A DNA stretch of 63,629 nucleotides, filler included, from Collodictyon triciliatum (taxonomy: Eukaryota): the NCBI GenBank assembly GCA_043381765.1. It is 12 parts of 12 records of this genome, joined end to end, with 100 filler letters (N's around TTAATTAATTAA, not from the genome) between each part and the next. Parts side by side here need not be neighbours in the genome. Positions count along the whole stretch, not along the records: positions 44,755 to 49,990 come from JBHJMP010005358.1; positions 50,091 to 55,326 come from JBHJMP010005359.1; positions 55,427 to 60,661 come from JBHJMP010005360.1; positions 60,762 to 63,629 come from JBHJMP010005443.1; 8 more parts are not named here. One strand, given 5' to 3'. The position numbers and the translations under genes were made by a program. Positions 47,801-60,983 of the stretch are shown piece by piece. Position 1 is the first letter of the stretch. Each line of letters opens with the position of its first letter. Below the pieces are notes generated by a model, which was not told the DNA's origin, searched no databases, and worked only from the letters and a program-made list of their open reading frames with translations.

Positions 47801-49395
47801 GGTTCAGATAGACACAGTTTGGATAGCAAAGAGTCAAACACAGCAAAGTGAGCACAACTTCGACTGACTTCCTCCCACGGTCAACAAAATCCCCATTGAA
47901 AACATATGCGTTGAGGTCGCTTGGTGTGCCATAAGCACCCAGGATGTAGCAAAGGTCCTCAAACTGTCCGTGCAGGTCACCGACAATCACAGTGCGTCGT
48001 TTGATAAATACTTGCTCGTGGGTAATTTTGTTGATGTTTTCCTTTTTGCTGAAGAGTTCAAAAGCCATGTCCAGAATAAACATGACAACGTCCTGAGTTA
48101 AAAAAAAAAAAAAGAAATGGAGGTTATAAGAAAAGAAGGATTAGCATCATGAAAAGAGACGAATCATATGATTAACATAGTGTTTTTTTTTCTCCCATCG
48201 AGTAGGTTATGTTGAGTTAAAGCCGCCAGCATATAAAGTGCAAACCCGTGACAACAGTTCATCATTCTGGAACATTTCGACCAATGTATTCAAGTGCTCA
48301 GATGTTATCCCATCAGCCAAGGAGTCAGCAGTGATAGTTCTTCTTTGAGGCTGAATCGGAGAGTTTGGCTTCATGGCAGAAGGAGCAGGTTGAGGTGATG
48401 GCGATGGAGATGGCGACGGAGACAAAGTTGTTGGAATTGACCTCTGAAATAACGTGTAATACAATAGTGACATACATGTTGCAATATGACATATGTTGAC
48501 AGTTCATATCTGAATCAATTAAGAGAAACAGAAACAGAAAACAACTATGACCAGTACAAGAAAAATCAAATAAAAAAGCAACAATACACTGATTATTATT
48601 TTTTTACATTTTTCCTTTATTCGATTCAAAGTCGCCGTTTTTTATATTAAAATAATGGATAACGTATGAATTATAGAAATAGAAAAAAATCGTCAATATA
48701 TATGATTAAATTGATAATATACCGCAGATTCGCACTTTGTCTTTTTTGCCTTGAACAAAGTTGTAAAACTCTTTTGCACCCTTAAGATAGAAAAACAAAG
48801 TCATTAATTTATCTAGGAATTCCTATTTCTTTCTTTTTGGCGAGTAGAAGAGGACAAATGCATCATGTAAATAGGACACCATAGGAAAGACTTGAGTCGC
48901 TGAAGTAGACAACAATCGATCAAAACAAAAAGACAAATATTTGTACCGATTGGTGAGCGTCTCCTTTTGCAGCATGTTCTTTTCCTGGTGAGACTCTATC
49001 TCGTCAAACAAAACGCGCTGCGAAACTCTGGGGGCATCGGCTCCACTATTTCCCGGGGCGGTCGAAGTTTCACTGCTGGTGCGATTCGCTTTGTACTTGT
49101 TGGAACCAGGGATGGGAACGTATTCGATGGACTCCTTCGATTGCGGCAGAGCGGGCGGTGCAGTTTGCATTTGCGAGTGCGGCGTAAAGACAACCGTGTG
49201 ATTCAAAGGGCGAACTGTGGATTTGATTTGTTGTTCTTTCAAAGAAAAGAACAGAAAAGAAAAGAAAAGAAGAGAAGAGAAGAGAACAGAAAAGAAAAGA
49301 AAAGAAAAGAAGAAAAAGAAAAGAAGAAAAAGAAAAGAAGAAAAGAACAGGAAGAGTTAGGCAGGTAGCAACAAACGCTTCGGCTGGGCGCTCAT
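44855..49395 (-). CDS. PPEF: PPEF/rdgC-like Ser/Thr phosphatase with EF hands, many exons, 3' end missing
   Basis: PPP motifs GDLHG, GDFVDRG, RGNHE, HGG, LLWSDP, IRSHE and FSASNY; EF-hand-like DDDMDGNVSYNEF. The start ATG is tentative. Confidence 0.85.
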
Positions 49396-49894
49396 GGGGA
49401 CGAAGGAGGGGGTCTTCTACGGCTGGGAGATGATCTGTGCAATATATTGAAGTGGTTAGTTCAAAGTTCACTAGGGGTTCTTTCTGTTGCTTTCTGTAGA
49501 AAAAAAGAAAAAAAAGAAAAAAAAAGAAAAAAAAGAAAAAGAAAAAGAGAAAGAAAAAAGAAAAAGAAAAAAGAAAAGAGAAAGAGAAAGAGAAAAAGAA
49601 AAGAAAAAAGAAAAGAAAAAAGGAAATGACATGAAAGAGAACAATCACGATGAAGGTTTCCAGCAAATGTATTGCGCAGGCATTGCGCTCTCTCGCGGCA
49701 ACACCACACCCGCCGCTCCTGGCCTTCTGTCTGTCCGCGATGGAAGTTTGTTTTCGGTTTGCGTTTGTGCGGCTTTGATCGTGTTTGAAATGTATAAACA
49801 CACGCTAAAAATAGCCGGATGGAGTGACATGTTGTCTGGTCGAATATAGAATTGGTGAAGCAAACGAAAAGGGCGCAAGGAGAGCACCACCGAT

Positions 49895-49990
<96 letters not shown>

Positions 49991-50361
49991 NNNNNNNNNN
50001 NNNNNNNNNNNNNNNNNNNNNNNNNNNNNNNNNNTTAATTAATTAANNNNNNNNNNNNNNNNNNNNNNNNNNNNNNNNNNNNNNNNNNNNAGAAAAAAAG
50101 AAAAAAAGAAAAAAAGAAAAAAAGAAAAAAGAAAAAAAGAAAAAAAGAAAAAAAGAAAAAAAGAAAAAAAGAAAAAAAGAAAAAAAGAAGAAAAAAGAAA
50201 AGAGAAAAAAGAAAAGAGAAAAAAGAAAAGAGAAAAAAGAAAAGAGAAAAAAGAAAATATAAAAGAAAAAGAAAAAAGAAAAAAAAAGAAAAAGAACAGA
50301 AGTATATCAGCACATGTAAACCCTTGATTTCAAAGCTGATGAATTATTTTCCTCTGTGCAG

Positions 50362-51552
50362 GCATCAGGCCCGATGGAGCTCTTTATTACTAAAGATGCA
50401 CTCGTGGCCTACTCTGCAATATTCTCCTTCTTACTGAGGATTAAATTTGCAAAATATTCAGTCGAAAGCATGCGGTGCTTGCGAGGTTCCAGGAAGCCTC
50501 AGACCGATACATACTCCATCAAGACACAAATCCTTCGGATGAAAATCTTGAATTTTATCTCAAATCTCCACAATCACATCATGATACGGGTATTTCCAAT
50601 CAAAATATTTTTATCTAACCATGGAATACAATATCAGTCTGAAGAAAAAAAAAAGACATTGAATTCTCTTTTGTTAAAAAAAATCGATTACTTCATTATC
50701 AGCTAACTGAATAAAGAGGGAAACAAAATTAATTCATTATCAGCTATAATGCGTCTATGTAGGACGGATTTTCTGCCTGTCTCACTTTTCTTGAAACACA
50801 CTTTGCTCAAATAAGGTTATCCAATCTTCATGGGAGGAGTTTCTTCGAGCTCTGCGTGATGCAAGAAACATCGACGACATCGGGCAACTTCATAGCGATT
50901 ACTTGACGAAAATCCAGGAAAGATGCTTAATCACTCAATCGCAGGTAAATGCTAGTAAAAAAAAAAAGTAATAATAAAATTTTCGATCCAGATTACAGGT
51001 TCAGCGAGTATCTTGAGGTTCGATATAGATTCTGAAAAAAATTTCCTTCAATCTCCAATATCAGGCAGAAATACCAAAGATGATCAATCGGATATTGACA
51101 TTGGCCGTTAGATTGAAGAGATGCATTCTGATTGCGTCTGAAAAACAGCACCCAGCCAGAGGAGATATCATATTGTCTGAACGCAAGGTCGAGTCAGAAA
51201 TCAACCGGATTGATGTTGAGTACAACAAATGTGCCAAGATTTTGTTGATAATCCTATCCACAATTAGACCCGGGACTAACCCACATTGTAATGGAAAAAA
51301 ACCACATCATAATAATAATGTTCTTAAATTTACAACCGACATTATTTTACACCATTTATGTCCTTTTTTATATTCATTTTGAATCTACAACAGAAGTGTA
51401 TCCTCATATGACCATTTTTATTTTTAGATGATTTTTGTGTTGAATCATGTTTGTATTTTCTTTTAACTCGATTAGTGGAAGATTTGTACACGCGACTGGA
51501 CTTTAATGGTTTCTACTTGAATTCAGCACACCATGAGGAGCCAACCGTCTAA
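50362..51552 (+). CDS. TUBGCP5: Gamma-tubulin complex component, GCP5-like, last four exons
   Basis: YSAIFSFLLRIKFAKYS, LRMKILNFISNLHNHIMIR, HSDYLTKIQERCL and terminal LYTRLDFNGFY (GRIP2 domain). The IKxAKYS and LHNxIMxR motifs favour GCP5. Confidence 0.8.
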
Positions 51553-51935
51553 TCATGTTAATATTGAATAGATTTGTTTTTTAAATAAAAATAATCCGAA
51601 TAATAAATAAATAATTACCTTAAATGTTCAATTCAAGACTATCCAACCCAATTTTGCTCAATACTTTGTCTTTGGTTGGCCCTTATTATTCCACAAGACA
51701 TTACTCATTCCTGTATTCTTTATGTACAACAAGATTAAGCGCCATGGATAAGAGAAAAAAAATGCACATATTCCCGACATAAGAAAAGGAGAAATTATCA
51801 ATAAAGGCCTCGGACTTGCTGGTGTTTACAACGCACCGATCATTTTTTTCCTTCTTCACCATAAATTTTTTTTATAACGCTGATATGATAAAAAAAAAAA
51901 AATATAACAATACAACTTGGCTTAATTAGGCCGGT

Positions 51936-52915
51936 ATGTTGGCCAGGTCATTTGAATCTTCTCTCACATCGTCCACATCCTCATCTTTTTCGGGTGGCTT
52001 TACTACACTTTCAAGTTCTGTTTATGCGTCCTCCTCGCCGCCCTTGCAGTCACTTGCAAACAAAAAAAGCGAACAACAAGCGCAGACCCAGAATGAAGCG
52101 ACACAATGCAAACCCCATGTGGAAGTTGAAGAAAACACTCAAAACCAGACCCAACCACCACACCCCTCATTTAAACAGAACTACCGGCGTTTACGAACGA
52201 CAAACACACCAACGACATTTCCCGTCATCCATGCAAGACAACTGTCCCAAAGTTACCTGGTAGACAAGCCCAAAAGGATCTCGATACTGCGTGTAGATGG
52301 GACTGGACTCCACACTCCTCGAAGCCTTGCCTGCGACTGGTTGCAACGCACAAACAATGGGTGCTTCGGGTTGGACTTCTGGAGGCGTCCCGTGTCGAAA
52401 TCGTATTTTCTAGCAATCGTGTCAGCCTTGGCTCTGGGAAGCGCACTGACAGACGCTTCAAGGGCTTGGGTTATTGGCTACGCTGCGGGTGTTGGGATTG
52501 CAGGGCAAACCCTGAGCGACATCAGGCGTTACCAACCACCTAGCGCATCGACGCGGGTCATTGCCGAGGCTCTCCTGGCTCAGTTCTCTGCTTCAAAGAG
52601 CCCACCTTACGCCAGTCTCGTGCGCTCGTTGCTGTATGATACCTTGAAAGCCATTTCTTGCGATTGCGGAGGGACGACATTCAGAAACCAAGTAAGTGTG
52701 AGGCGCTTTGTTGCATGCTCCCAGTAGCAAGAACATGAATCTGCATAGGATTTTGCATTGAGCTTAACTGCCTCGATTTCCAGGAGCTATGTTGCCTGTG
52801 GGTCGTGCTGGGCATCAGCGAACATGAGTATGAGGAGTTGGAACTCTTGGTGGCCCAGGAAAACATGCTGCGTCGTAAACGAACATCGCTACTCCGACAT
52901 AATGGACTCACTTAA
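51936..52915 (+). CDS. Hypothetical protein with a TerB-like C-terminal domain (2 exons)
   Basis: CAA|GTAAGT...TTCCAG|GAG splices in frame. RAWVIGYAAGVG, RSLLYDTLKAISCD and LGISEHEYEELELLVAQE resemble bacterial TerB-like proteins, judged from memory. Confidence 0.55.
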
Positions 52916-53173
52916 GATAAAGGCAAATAAACAGATAAACAGATAAACATAAACACAAAACAAAAAAAATCAAAGAACCATGAAATAAAATGAAAACAAA
53001 GAAAAAAATGCATACAAAAAACAACAGAATGCAAGCCTGGACGCGTCGGTTGTTGGCTATTACGAGGGAGTGTAAGGAGCAGGGAGCCAAAACATGTGAA
53101 CGTGGCAGACGATAAACGCCTGCGCACACATTTTTGTCTGAGCAGTCAAAGCTTCTTCTGCAGAAGGTTCGGG

Positions 53174-53763
53174 ATGGACACCCGCCGACTGAGCCGACCA
53201 GTTCTGTCACCAGACCACAGTGATTCCTGCGACACAACAGCCGCGGACGCAACAGAGTCAGAAACACAGCGCTGGTTCGGAGCCATTGACAGCGGCGATC
53301 CGGAGGCCATCGAGCAGCTGCTGCGGTCGAACCCGGCCCTTCTTTCTGCCACGGACGAGTCGCAGATGACTGCGTTGCACTGTGCCGTCCTTTGCCAGAA
53401 CGAAGAGGCAAGCCTCTGTCCTTCTTCTTTTCCCTGCCCCAAACCAGCCTTTCAACAGCAAGAAAGCAAGCCAGCCGAACGAAACCAAAGGAGGATGCAC
53501 GCCTCCGCCCAACTATCTGCACCGCCATCAGACTGACCCATGTCTGCATGCAGGTATGCGCCTTTCTTCTCGCACATGGGGCTGACCCGAACGCGCAGGA
53601 CGAAGACGGACGCACGCCGCTTCACTGGGCCATCACAGAGAAGGCAGCGCCCGTCGCCCAGTTGCTCATGGCCCACCATGCCAATCCGGACGCCGCAGAT
53701 GCAGAAGGAGCAACGCCCCGCGCGCTGGCCACGGCCGAGCAAGTCCCGCTCTTCCAGGCATAA
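53174..53763 (+). CDS. Small ankyrin-repeat protein (2 exons, GC-AG intron 53408-53553)
   Basis: TALHCAVLCQNEE|VCAFLLAHGADPNAQDEDGRTPLHWA gives a continuous ankyrin consensus after splicing. Confidence 0.88.
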
Positions 53764-53969
53764 AGCACTGCTTTGCTCTTCATCCCGAATCACAATAAAG
53801 CAGTCATAATCAGTCAACAAAGAAGCTGGAGAAGCCAGAGAGGCTCAGACGAACACCAGCTCGCGGAGCACGGTACAAATCAAAACACACGCCCGAGCCG
53901 CGTTTGTGTGCGCGCGACTGACAAACAACCCGCCGCAGCCGAACAAGCAAACACTCCCGCACAGACACA

Positions 53970-55120
53970 ATGCTGCGCCTGCTGCGCCCAGCCATCACGC
54001 TCAGCCACGCGGCGTTCCGACGGACTTTGGCAAGCGCAAGTGGCCCGGCTGCACAGAGCCCGAAAAGCCTGCAGATCGAGCAGCTGACGGACGCAAGCGT
54101 GCGTGCGTTTGTGCAGCATCCGTACCCGGTGGTTCTCGACTGCTTTGCGGACTGGTGCGATCCCTGCAAAGTGCTGAAGCCGCGTCTCGTCACCCGCCTC
54201 GAGTCTCGTCCGTGGACGCCGCTCATCCGCTTCGGCGCCTTGGACGTTGATCGCTATCCTCAGCTGGCTGCTGCTCTGCGTGTCGAGACGCTGCCCTCCG
54301 TCTTTGCCCTGCACCAGGCACGCGTCTTTGCAAACTTCACCGGAAACGTCCCTGATGCCGAGCTTGATGCCTTCATCCACGCTGTGGCATCGCATCCGTC
54401 TCTACAATCGGCCCAGGCCGAAAACACGCAGCCGCTCGACGGTAGCACGGATGCCCAGGGTGCCGAAAAGAAGGAGACAGTCCAGGATGTGCTCCACAAT
54501 GGCGAGAAGGCCCTGGCCACCGCCTTGTTTCATGAAGCTCTGCAGCATTACCAAGCTGTTCTGCAGAGTGGCGAATCTGCGCTTGAAGTCCGCGCCTTGT
54601 GTGGCACGCGTTAGTCTTGTCTGATTGATAGCTCATTATCTTACTCATGTACATTTGAAGTTTCATTTTTTTTTTTATTCTACCGCTTTGCCTATTTGCA
54701 GTCCGCTCGCTGCTTGGATTGCGCGACCAAGAAAACGCTGTGAAGACAGCCGAGACCCTTAAAAGCAGACACGGTAAGGAGCTGACATCGGCGTCTGTGG
54801 CGTCGTCACTTCGCCTGCTTGATCTTGTTCGCATGGATATTCTGCCTCTGGAGCGTGTTCGAGTGCGTCGGGTAATCGATGACGAGCTGCAGGCAACGCC
54901 AAATGACCCAGGACTTCTTTACGAAAGCATTGTCGACCACATGTTGAGCTCAAAGTATGAGGCTGCTGTGGATGACGTTGTTCGCCTCATCCGCTTCAAT
55001 CGCGGCTGGAAGGACAACACCCCCCGGAAAGTCGCCCAAACCATCCTCGAGGCCGTTCCGCCGCAGACAAAGTCAATCGTCTCACTTCGCAAGAAGGTAG
55101 CTGGTGTGTTGTTTGCCTAG
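53970..55120 (+). CDS. Thioredoxin-TPR protein (CnoX/YbbN-like) with a putative mitochondrial presequence; intron ~54610-54701
   Basis: PVVLDCFADWCDPCKVLKP thioredoxin domain, TPR helices, a YbbN-like C-terminus (LIRFNRGW...LRKKVAGVLF) and an Arg/Leu/Ala/Ser-rich N-terminus. Confidence 0.85.
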
Positions 55121-55689
55121 CTTGGTGATGCTGATTCGTTGAAAAAAAAAAGCTGATTAAAGTCAATGGGATTCAAAAATACTCTCTTTGGAATTCTCGA
55201 TCACCATAGCATTATTTCCGGTGCTGTGTTTTATTTTCCGGATTTAGACTTCTATAAGCGTATTAAATATTCGAAAGAGTAAAATTCGTTCTGATCTAAA
55301 TTAAAATAATCAAAAAAACAAAAAAANNNNNNNNNNNNNNNNNNNNNNNNNNNNNNNNNNNNNNNNNNNNTTAATTAATTAANNNNNNNNNNNNNNNNNN
55401 NNNNNNNNNNNNNNNNNNNNNNNNNNAACAAAAAACAAAAAACAAAAAACAAAAAACAAAAAACAAAAAACAAAAAACAAAAAACAAAAAACAACAAAAA
55501 CAACAAAAACAACAAAAACAACAAAAACAACAAAAACAACAAAAACAACAAAAATAACAAAAACAACAAAAATAACAATAACAACAAAAATAACAAAAAT
55601 AACAAAAAAACAAAAAACAAAAAAAACAACGAAAACAGCAGGATGAAAAAAATAGTGATGTTTTGCCCAGAAACATAGCGGAGACAAAC

Positions 55690-58600
55690 ATGCACGGCAG
55701 CAGCCAGCAAGGCCCACCAAGCTCGATCTTCCAAGCAGCCCGCCTAATGCAAGCTCAGCGAGAGACACACGCACACGCACCAATACACGCACACGCACCA
55801 ATACACGCACATGCCCGTGGGCCTCCGACCGCATTGCCCGAACAACCTCTGCCGCTTCATTCACCGCGCAGCATTCCCGATCCCCTTCTCCTGCGCCCAG
55901 ACATGTCTCCCCGCCAACCGCACTTCCGGTCGCCTGCATTTCCAGAGTCACACGCGCCACTCGGCCATCACCCGAAACCCAGTGTCAAAACACCGTCTGC
56001 TTTGTCAAAACACCCCGACGAATCACACGCCCCTGTGGCTTCGGCCTCGATTCTGGCATCCTTCAAGTATGGCCCGGCCGCAGTTCCCAGCCCGGGTTTG
56101 TATCACACAAGGAAGCCAATAGACGGTATCAACCAGCAAAAGTCCACTCAATCCCCGCCAGAAACTGCGTTGCATGATAATTACCCGCGCAACACTGGCC
56201 TGGCAAATTATCCTCAGATCAACTCGCCCAGAACTCAGTCGTATCAGATGGCGGCAGGATTTGATAGCAAAGGATATGTCCAGGATATACAAAGTCCTTT
56301 GTTTAGGCTTCGCACGCATGAAGGATATCCAGATGTAAAAGACAGGTCTCCAGAAACACACCAAAACTATACAACAGATAGTCCGTATTTTGGTCAAAAC
56401 AAAAGCGGTATGTTATACGGAGAAAAAGTAGACACAAACAGGCCATTTGTTAGTACATATCAGAATAGCCATAATATTTCAAGCATCGATTATAAAGGAG
56501 AGTATCTCGCTAGGCCTTCGTATACTTCTTTACTATCCCGGCCACTGCCCACTATTGCATCATCGGACACTTCTGCCGAGGAGCCCATGAATTCTGACAC
56601 TCCACCGATAACCAATATCCACAACACGCCGTACCCATTTCCTCGGGAATCGAGTGAGAGAAGTGAAATAAATACAAATAAAAGAGAAGTGTTTTATAGG
56701 ATTTCTATGGACACGAATCGTGCTCGTTCAGAGGACACTCGTCTTACCAGTCAAATGGATGCCCTTTTATCACCACGCATGACATTGCCTAGCAAATCTC
56801 CATATTCATCGATGACCATCCCGACAAAGACGAGCCAAAATCAAGAACCTCTTGTGCCAAGGCAAAGGAATTATTCTGAAGAGTCAAAATTCCTTGTTCA
56901 ACTTCAGCCTATAATTGAAGATACTCAAGAAATCATGTGAGTTGACAAATTATACTCAGCTGCAGAGCACTTACGTTATTGATTTTCGAGTATTACTCTC
57001 AATGTTTTACCTTAAAGAAAATACAAGACTATTTTTCTCTCTCCATTTTTCTCTCCCTCTTGTTTTCTCCTCTTTTTTTTCCCCCGGGTCATGTTTAACC
57101 TTTTCACTTTGGTCTTTTGACGTTTCGAATATTTATTGTTTATTACTCGCATGCTTTCTTACTTTATTACTCTCATAGAGAGGCACAAAATCAAGGGCAA
57201 TCGAACAGCAGTTCTTATACTAATCAACCACGGCGATACTCGGCTGGAACCTCTTCGATGGGGTCTGGATCCAATTCTGAATCAACTCCGACAAGCACAA
57301 AGATAAATTTTGGTGAACACGCAGTAGACTGTAAGCCTACTTATGTGCGCGAGCAATCGCTTCAGCCCGGTGTTAGGCTTTCTCTGGATTTAAATCGCCC
57401 AAAAGCATATAAGGAAGGTTTACCCGCTGCTCCTAAGTTTACAGGAAGTGAGCAAATCCCTGCGTCAGGTTCATTCGAAAAGAAAATATCACACGGTCAG
57501 CCACTAAATCCACATGAAACAACACCTTATTCACCCAGATCGCCATCCCACATAAGCCAACAAGCACCAGATTACAGAATTATTTCAAGTGAATCGACCA
57601 GCAATGCCGTCCGTGAGTCTGAGAAGGGAGAAGCAAATCAAAAATCAAAACCACGAATTCGCTCGTATCCAGTGGAGATGCTTCGGTCTGAAGTTAAAAG
57701 TCAGTCATCTCAAAGCATATATGAACATTCTATTCGTTTCATTATTTCTTGTAAAAAAAAATATACAAAAGCGGTTGCCTTAATTATTACTATTATTATT
57801 ACCAATAGCACAAGAGCTAGAATTACCTACAGTGACGGATAAATCATTGATTGTCATCGGAGTTGAAATAGGGAGAGGCTCATTTGGTGTTGTTCGCAAA
57901 TGTACGGTGGATGGAAAGCTAGTGGCGGTTAAAATTGTGCGGAATGACTTCTCTTTAGAAGCTGGCGAGGCTTTAAACTTTCTGAAAAGTGAGATTGAGA
58001 TATTGTCGACAATTACGGACCATCCGAATATTGTGAAATATGTTGGCCATCAGGTATATTTGCGTACTAATATCAATATATTTCTATTCATATTTAAGGA
58101 TAGGAGAAAAGAAAAGATAAGAAAAGAAGTAATTCACAAAAGGCAATATTTTATGGGCTTGGTTCCAAAAGGATTCAGCTATATGTAAATGATTTGTACA
58201 TTTTTTTCCTAAAAAAATTAATGACCTAATGTTAACATTTCGTACTTTCAAGTATCTCGAAAGAGAATACCGGTTGTTCATAGAGTACATACCGTCTTCG
58301 TTGAGGGACATGATTAAAAAACAACGCAGGGATAAGAGAGAATTCACATCTATACAACTCAAAGTGATATTTGGATGCATAGCAGATGCGATTCGCTACT
58401 TGCATAACCTACCAATTCCAATCGCACACAGAGACATTAAGGTACCCAAAAAATAAGAGAAAGGAGGAAGAAAAAAAAAGAAGCAACTCAATCTTTGAAC
58501 TTCTCATCTATGCTATAGAAATTGTTTTCCTTTGCATGTTTCCCCCCTTAGAATAGAGACGTTGAGACCAATCGTGCCATAAAGCCTGACTAACGCATGA

Positions 58601-59015
58601 CTTTATACCATAGTCAAGTAATGTTCTAGTGGATATATCAAACTCTGGTGTGGTCCAGAAAGTGAAGTTGTGCGATTTCGGGGTAGCAAAAGAATGTCAT
58701 CCGACCAGAGTAAATCGAATCACCAGTATTGTCGGCACACCAGGATTCATTGCACCCGAAATCAAAGGTGGCCGCGCTCGAAACAAAGTCAACCAGCAGG
58801 CCGATGCATATTCCTTCGGCGCGTGGATGATTGAAGTGATGACCCTTGACCTTGGAATCACAGACAAAGACCAAGGAGGTCTAGAGCTTGCTCTCAGAAA
58901 GATACCTGCGCCTTTGGAAATTCTCCGCTCGTTGGCAGAGCGTTGCATACAATCCAACCCAGAAAACCGACCCAACTTTACTCAGATATGCAAGGTGTTG
59001 TCACAATTTCAGTGA
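55690..59015 (+). CDS. Ser/Thr (TKL-like) protein kinase with a long low-complexity N-terminus, ~5 exons
   Basis: GRGSFGVV, VAVK, HPNIV, HRDIK, DFG and GTPGFIAPE across GT-AG-bounded exons. Confidence 0.9.
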
Positions 59016-59335
59016 TGCTCTTGTATTTCCATGACAATTTTCGACTATATATAAGTAAACTTCCATAACTCAATTGATGAACCTCATCCATCAGTCTTGA
59101 TAAGTCAGTATTTTTTTTCTTTTGAAGCCAAACTTAGAGTGCAAGCGACCATTCAGTTTAGAGTTCACAAATATGTACATATGTATTAAAGAAAAAGGAA
59201 AGAAATCATAATACTGTTCATATGATAGATCCCAACAATCGTTCTCTCACACCCATGGACAGATATATAAACCTTTATTAGTCGAGTTACAAGGGTATTC
59301 TTTGATTATAAAACGGATTAGGTACCACCGAAACA

Positions 59336-60661
59336 TTAAAAAAGGGACGTCTTTGAGCGAAAGCTGTCTTTTCCTTTGGGTTCCGTTAGAAGTAAGGGGC
59401 TCAGGGTTTTTCTTGGCGGGGAGGCATGAGCCATGAAATTGGGTGACTTATCGGAGCTCATCTGGCAAATTTTCAATTAGTCACAAAGTCTTTGCGAAGC
59501 TATGCGATGCATCGTATTGAACGGCTTGGGGAGTAGTTACCCTTTGTTGCGCCCGACCGAACGAAGGGGAAACAGAATGCGACCTTGTCAAGGATGGAAG
59601 TTGGTGTCCCTGTGGAGAAAGTTGGTCTGGTGAAATCATTCCAGATGTTTGAAGAGCTATCAAAGAGCGTTTATCCGGAGACTTTGTGTAAACAAATGGC
59701 TTTTTCATGAGATAAAAGGGCTCTGCTTTTTGGTGTTCCTAAAAGTTACAATTTAATTTGTTCATTTTGTGCAAGTCGTCCCTTTGATAGGGTCAGTATA
59801 GGAATAAATTTTAAAGCCGAAAGACACGCAAACTTGACTTTCGCTAATGACAACCACCATGACTTACCTCAAGTACGGTTTTCAAGTTTGTGTAAAAAGG
59901 AGATAGTCTGGATATTTCTTCCATCCTTTGCTGTTCAGATTTGCGTGAATGTTGCTTCCTGATGCGTTATGAGTATGGTTACATTCATTTTTCGCTACAA
60001 ATAGCTGATAGTCAAGACAGCTGTATAGCAAAGTGCAGAGGAATGATTGGTATTTGCAGCATATGTGTAAATTAATTAATCTACTAACCCTGTCATAGCC
60101 TTTGCATGTGATGACATTTTCGTTCCATTCTCTTCCTGAAATAACCGTTAAATTAAATACAGAAAATTTAATATCACTCCAAAGATGAGTAACGAGCAGA
60201 TACACTTATGCTTAACAATGAAAAAGAAATAGCACATCTTCTCCTTTTGCATTCTTCCTTTCGAATTTCTCTGGATTGTATGACCAGCTCGAGTTTCCGT
60301 TCTTAGCTAGGCGCCCTAAAGTTATGATACATCATAGTGTGTTATCGATCAATTTAATATGCAAGGACGAGTGTATGATGATTTTTTTTTTTTAAAAAAA
60401 ATCAATAATTTGAACCGAAAAGTGATTTCCAATGGTTTTCTTTGCATTTATTACGATGAAATAAAAAAAATACGGGTAGAGACAAACCAATTACTGCTCC
60501 ATTTAGAGACCAAACTTGAACACGCCCTTCAGAACAGCCAGTAAGGATAGCAAAAGGCTCCTCAACAATCCCCACCGCAGTCAGTTTTGCCTCAACCTAC
60601 ATTTTACACATAAATCAAATAAGTAATGCAGTCGAGGCCAGAGATTCAGTATGGTTGAGAC
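59336..60661 (-). CDS. 3' exons of a WD40-containing protein, convergent with the kinase
   Basis: Exon AILTGCSEGRVQVWSLNG is WD-like. Further short exons lead to a stop at 59336. Confidence 0.55.
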
Positions 60662-60761
60662 NNNNNNNNNNNNNNNNNNNNNNNNNNNNNNNNNNNNNNN
60701 NNNNNTTAATTAATTAANNNNNNNNNNNNNNNNNNNNNNNNNNNNNNNNNNNNNNNNNNNN

Positions 60762-60845
<84 letters not shown>

Positions 60846-60983
60846 AAAAAAAAAACAAAAGAAAACAAAAAATTAAGTCTAGGGCGCATAAAACTCATCG
60901 TCATGAAAACATATTAACATAAACCACAAGAAAACAAAGAGCAGGGAACCCAGTGTTAGCAGCCAGGAGTCCAGAACCCAGTA

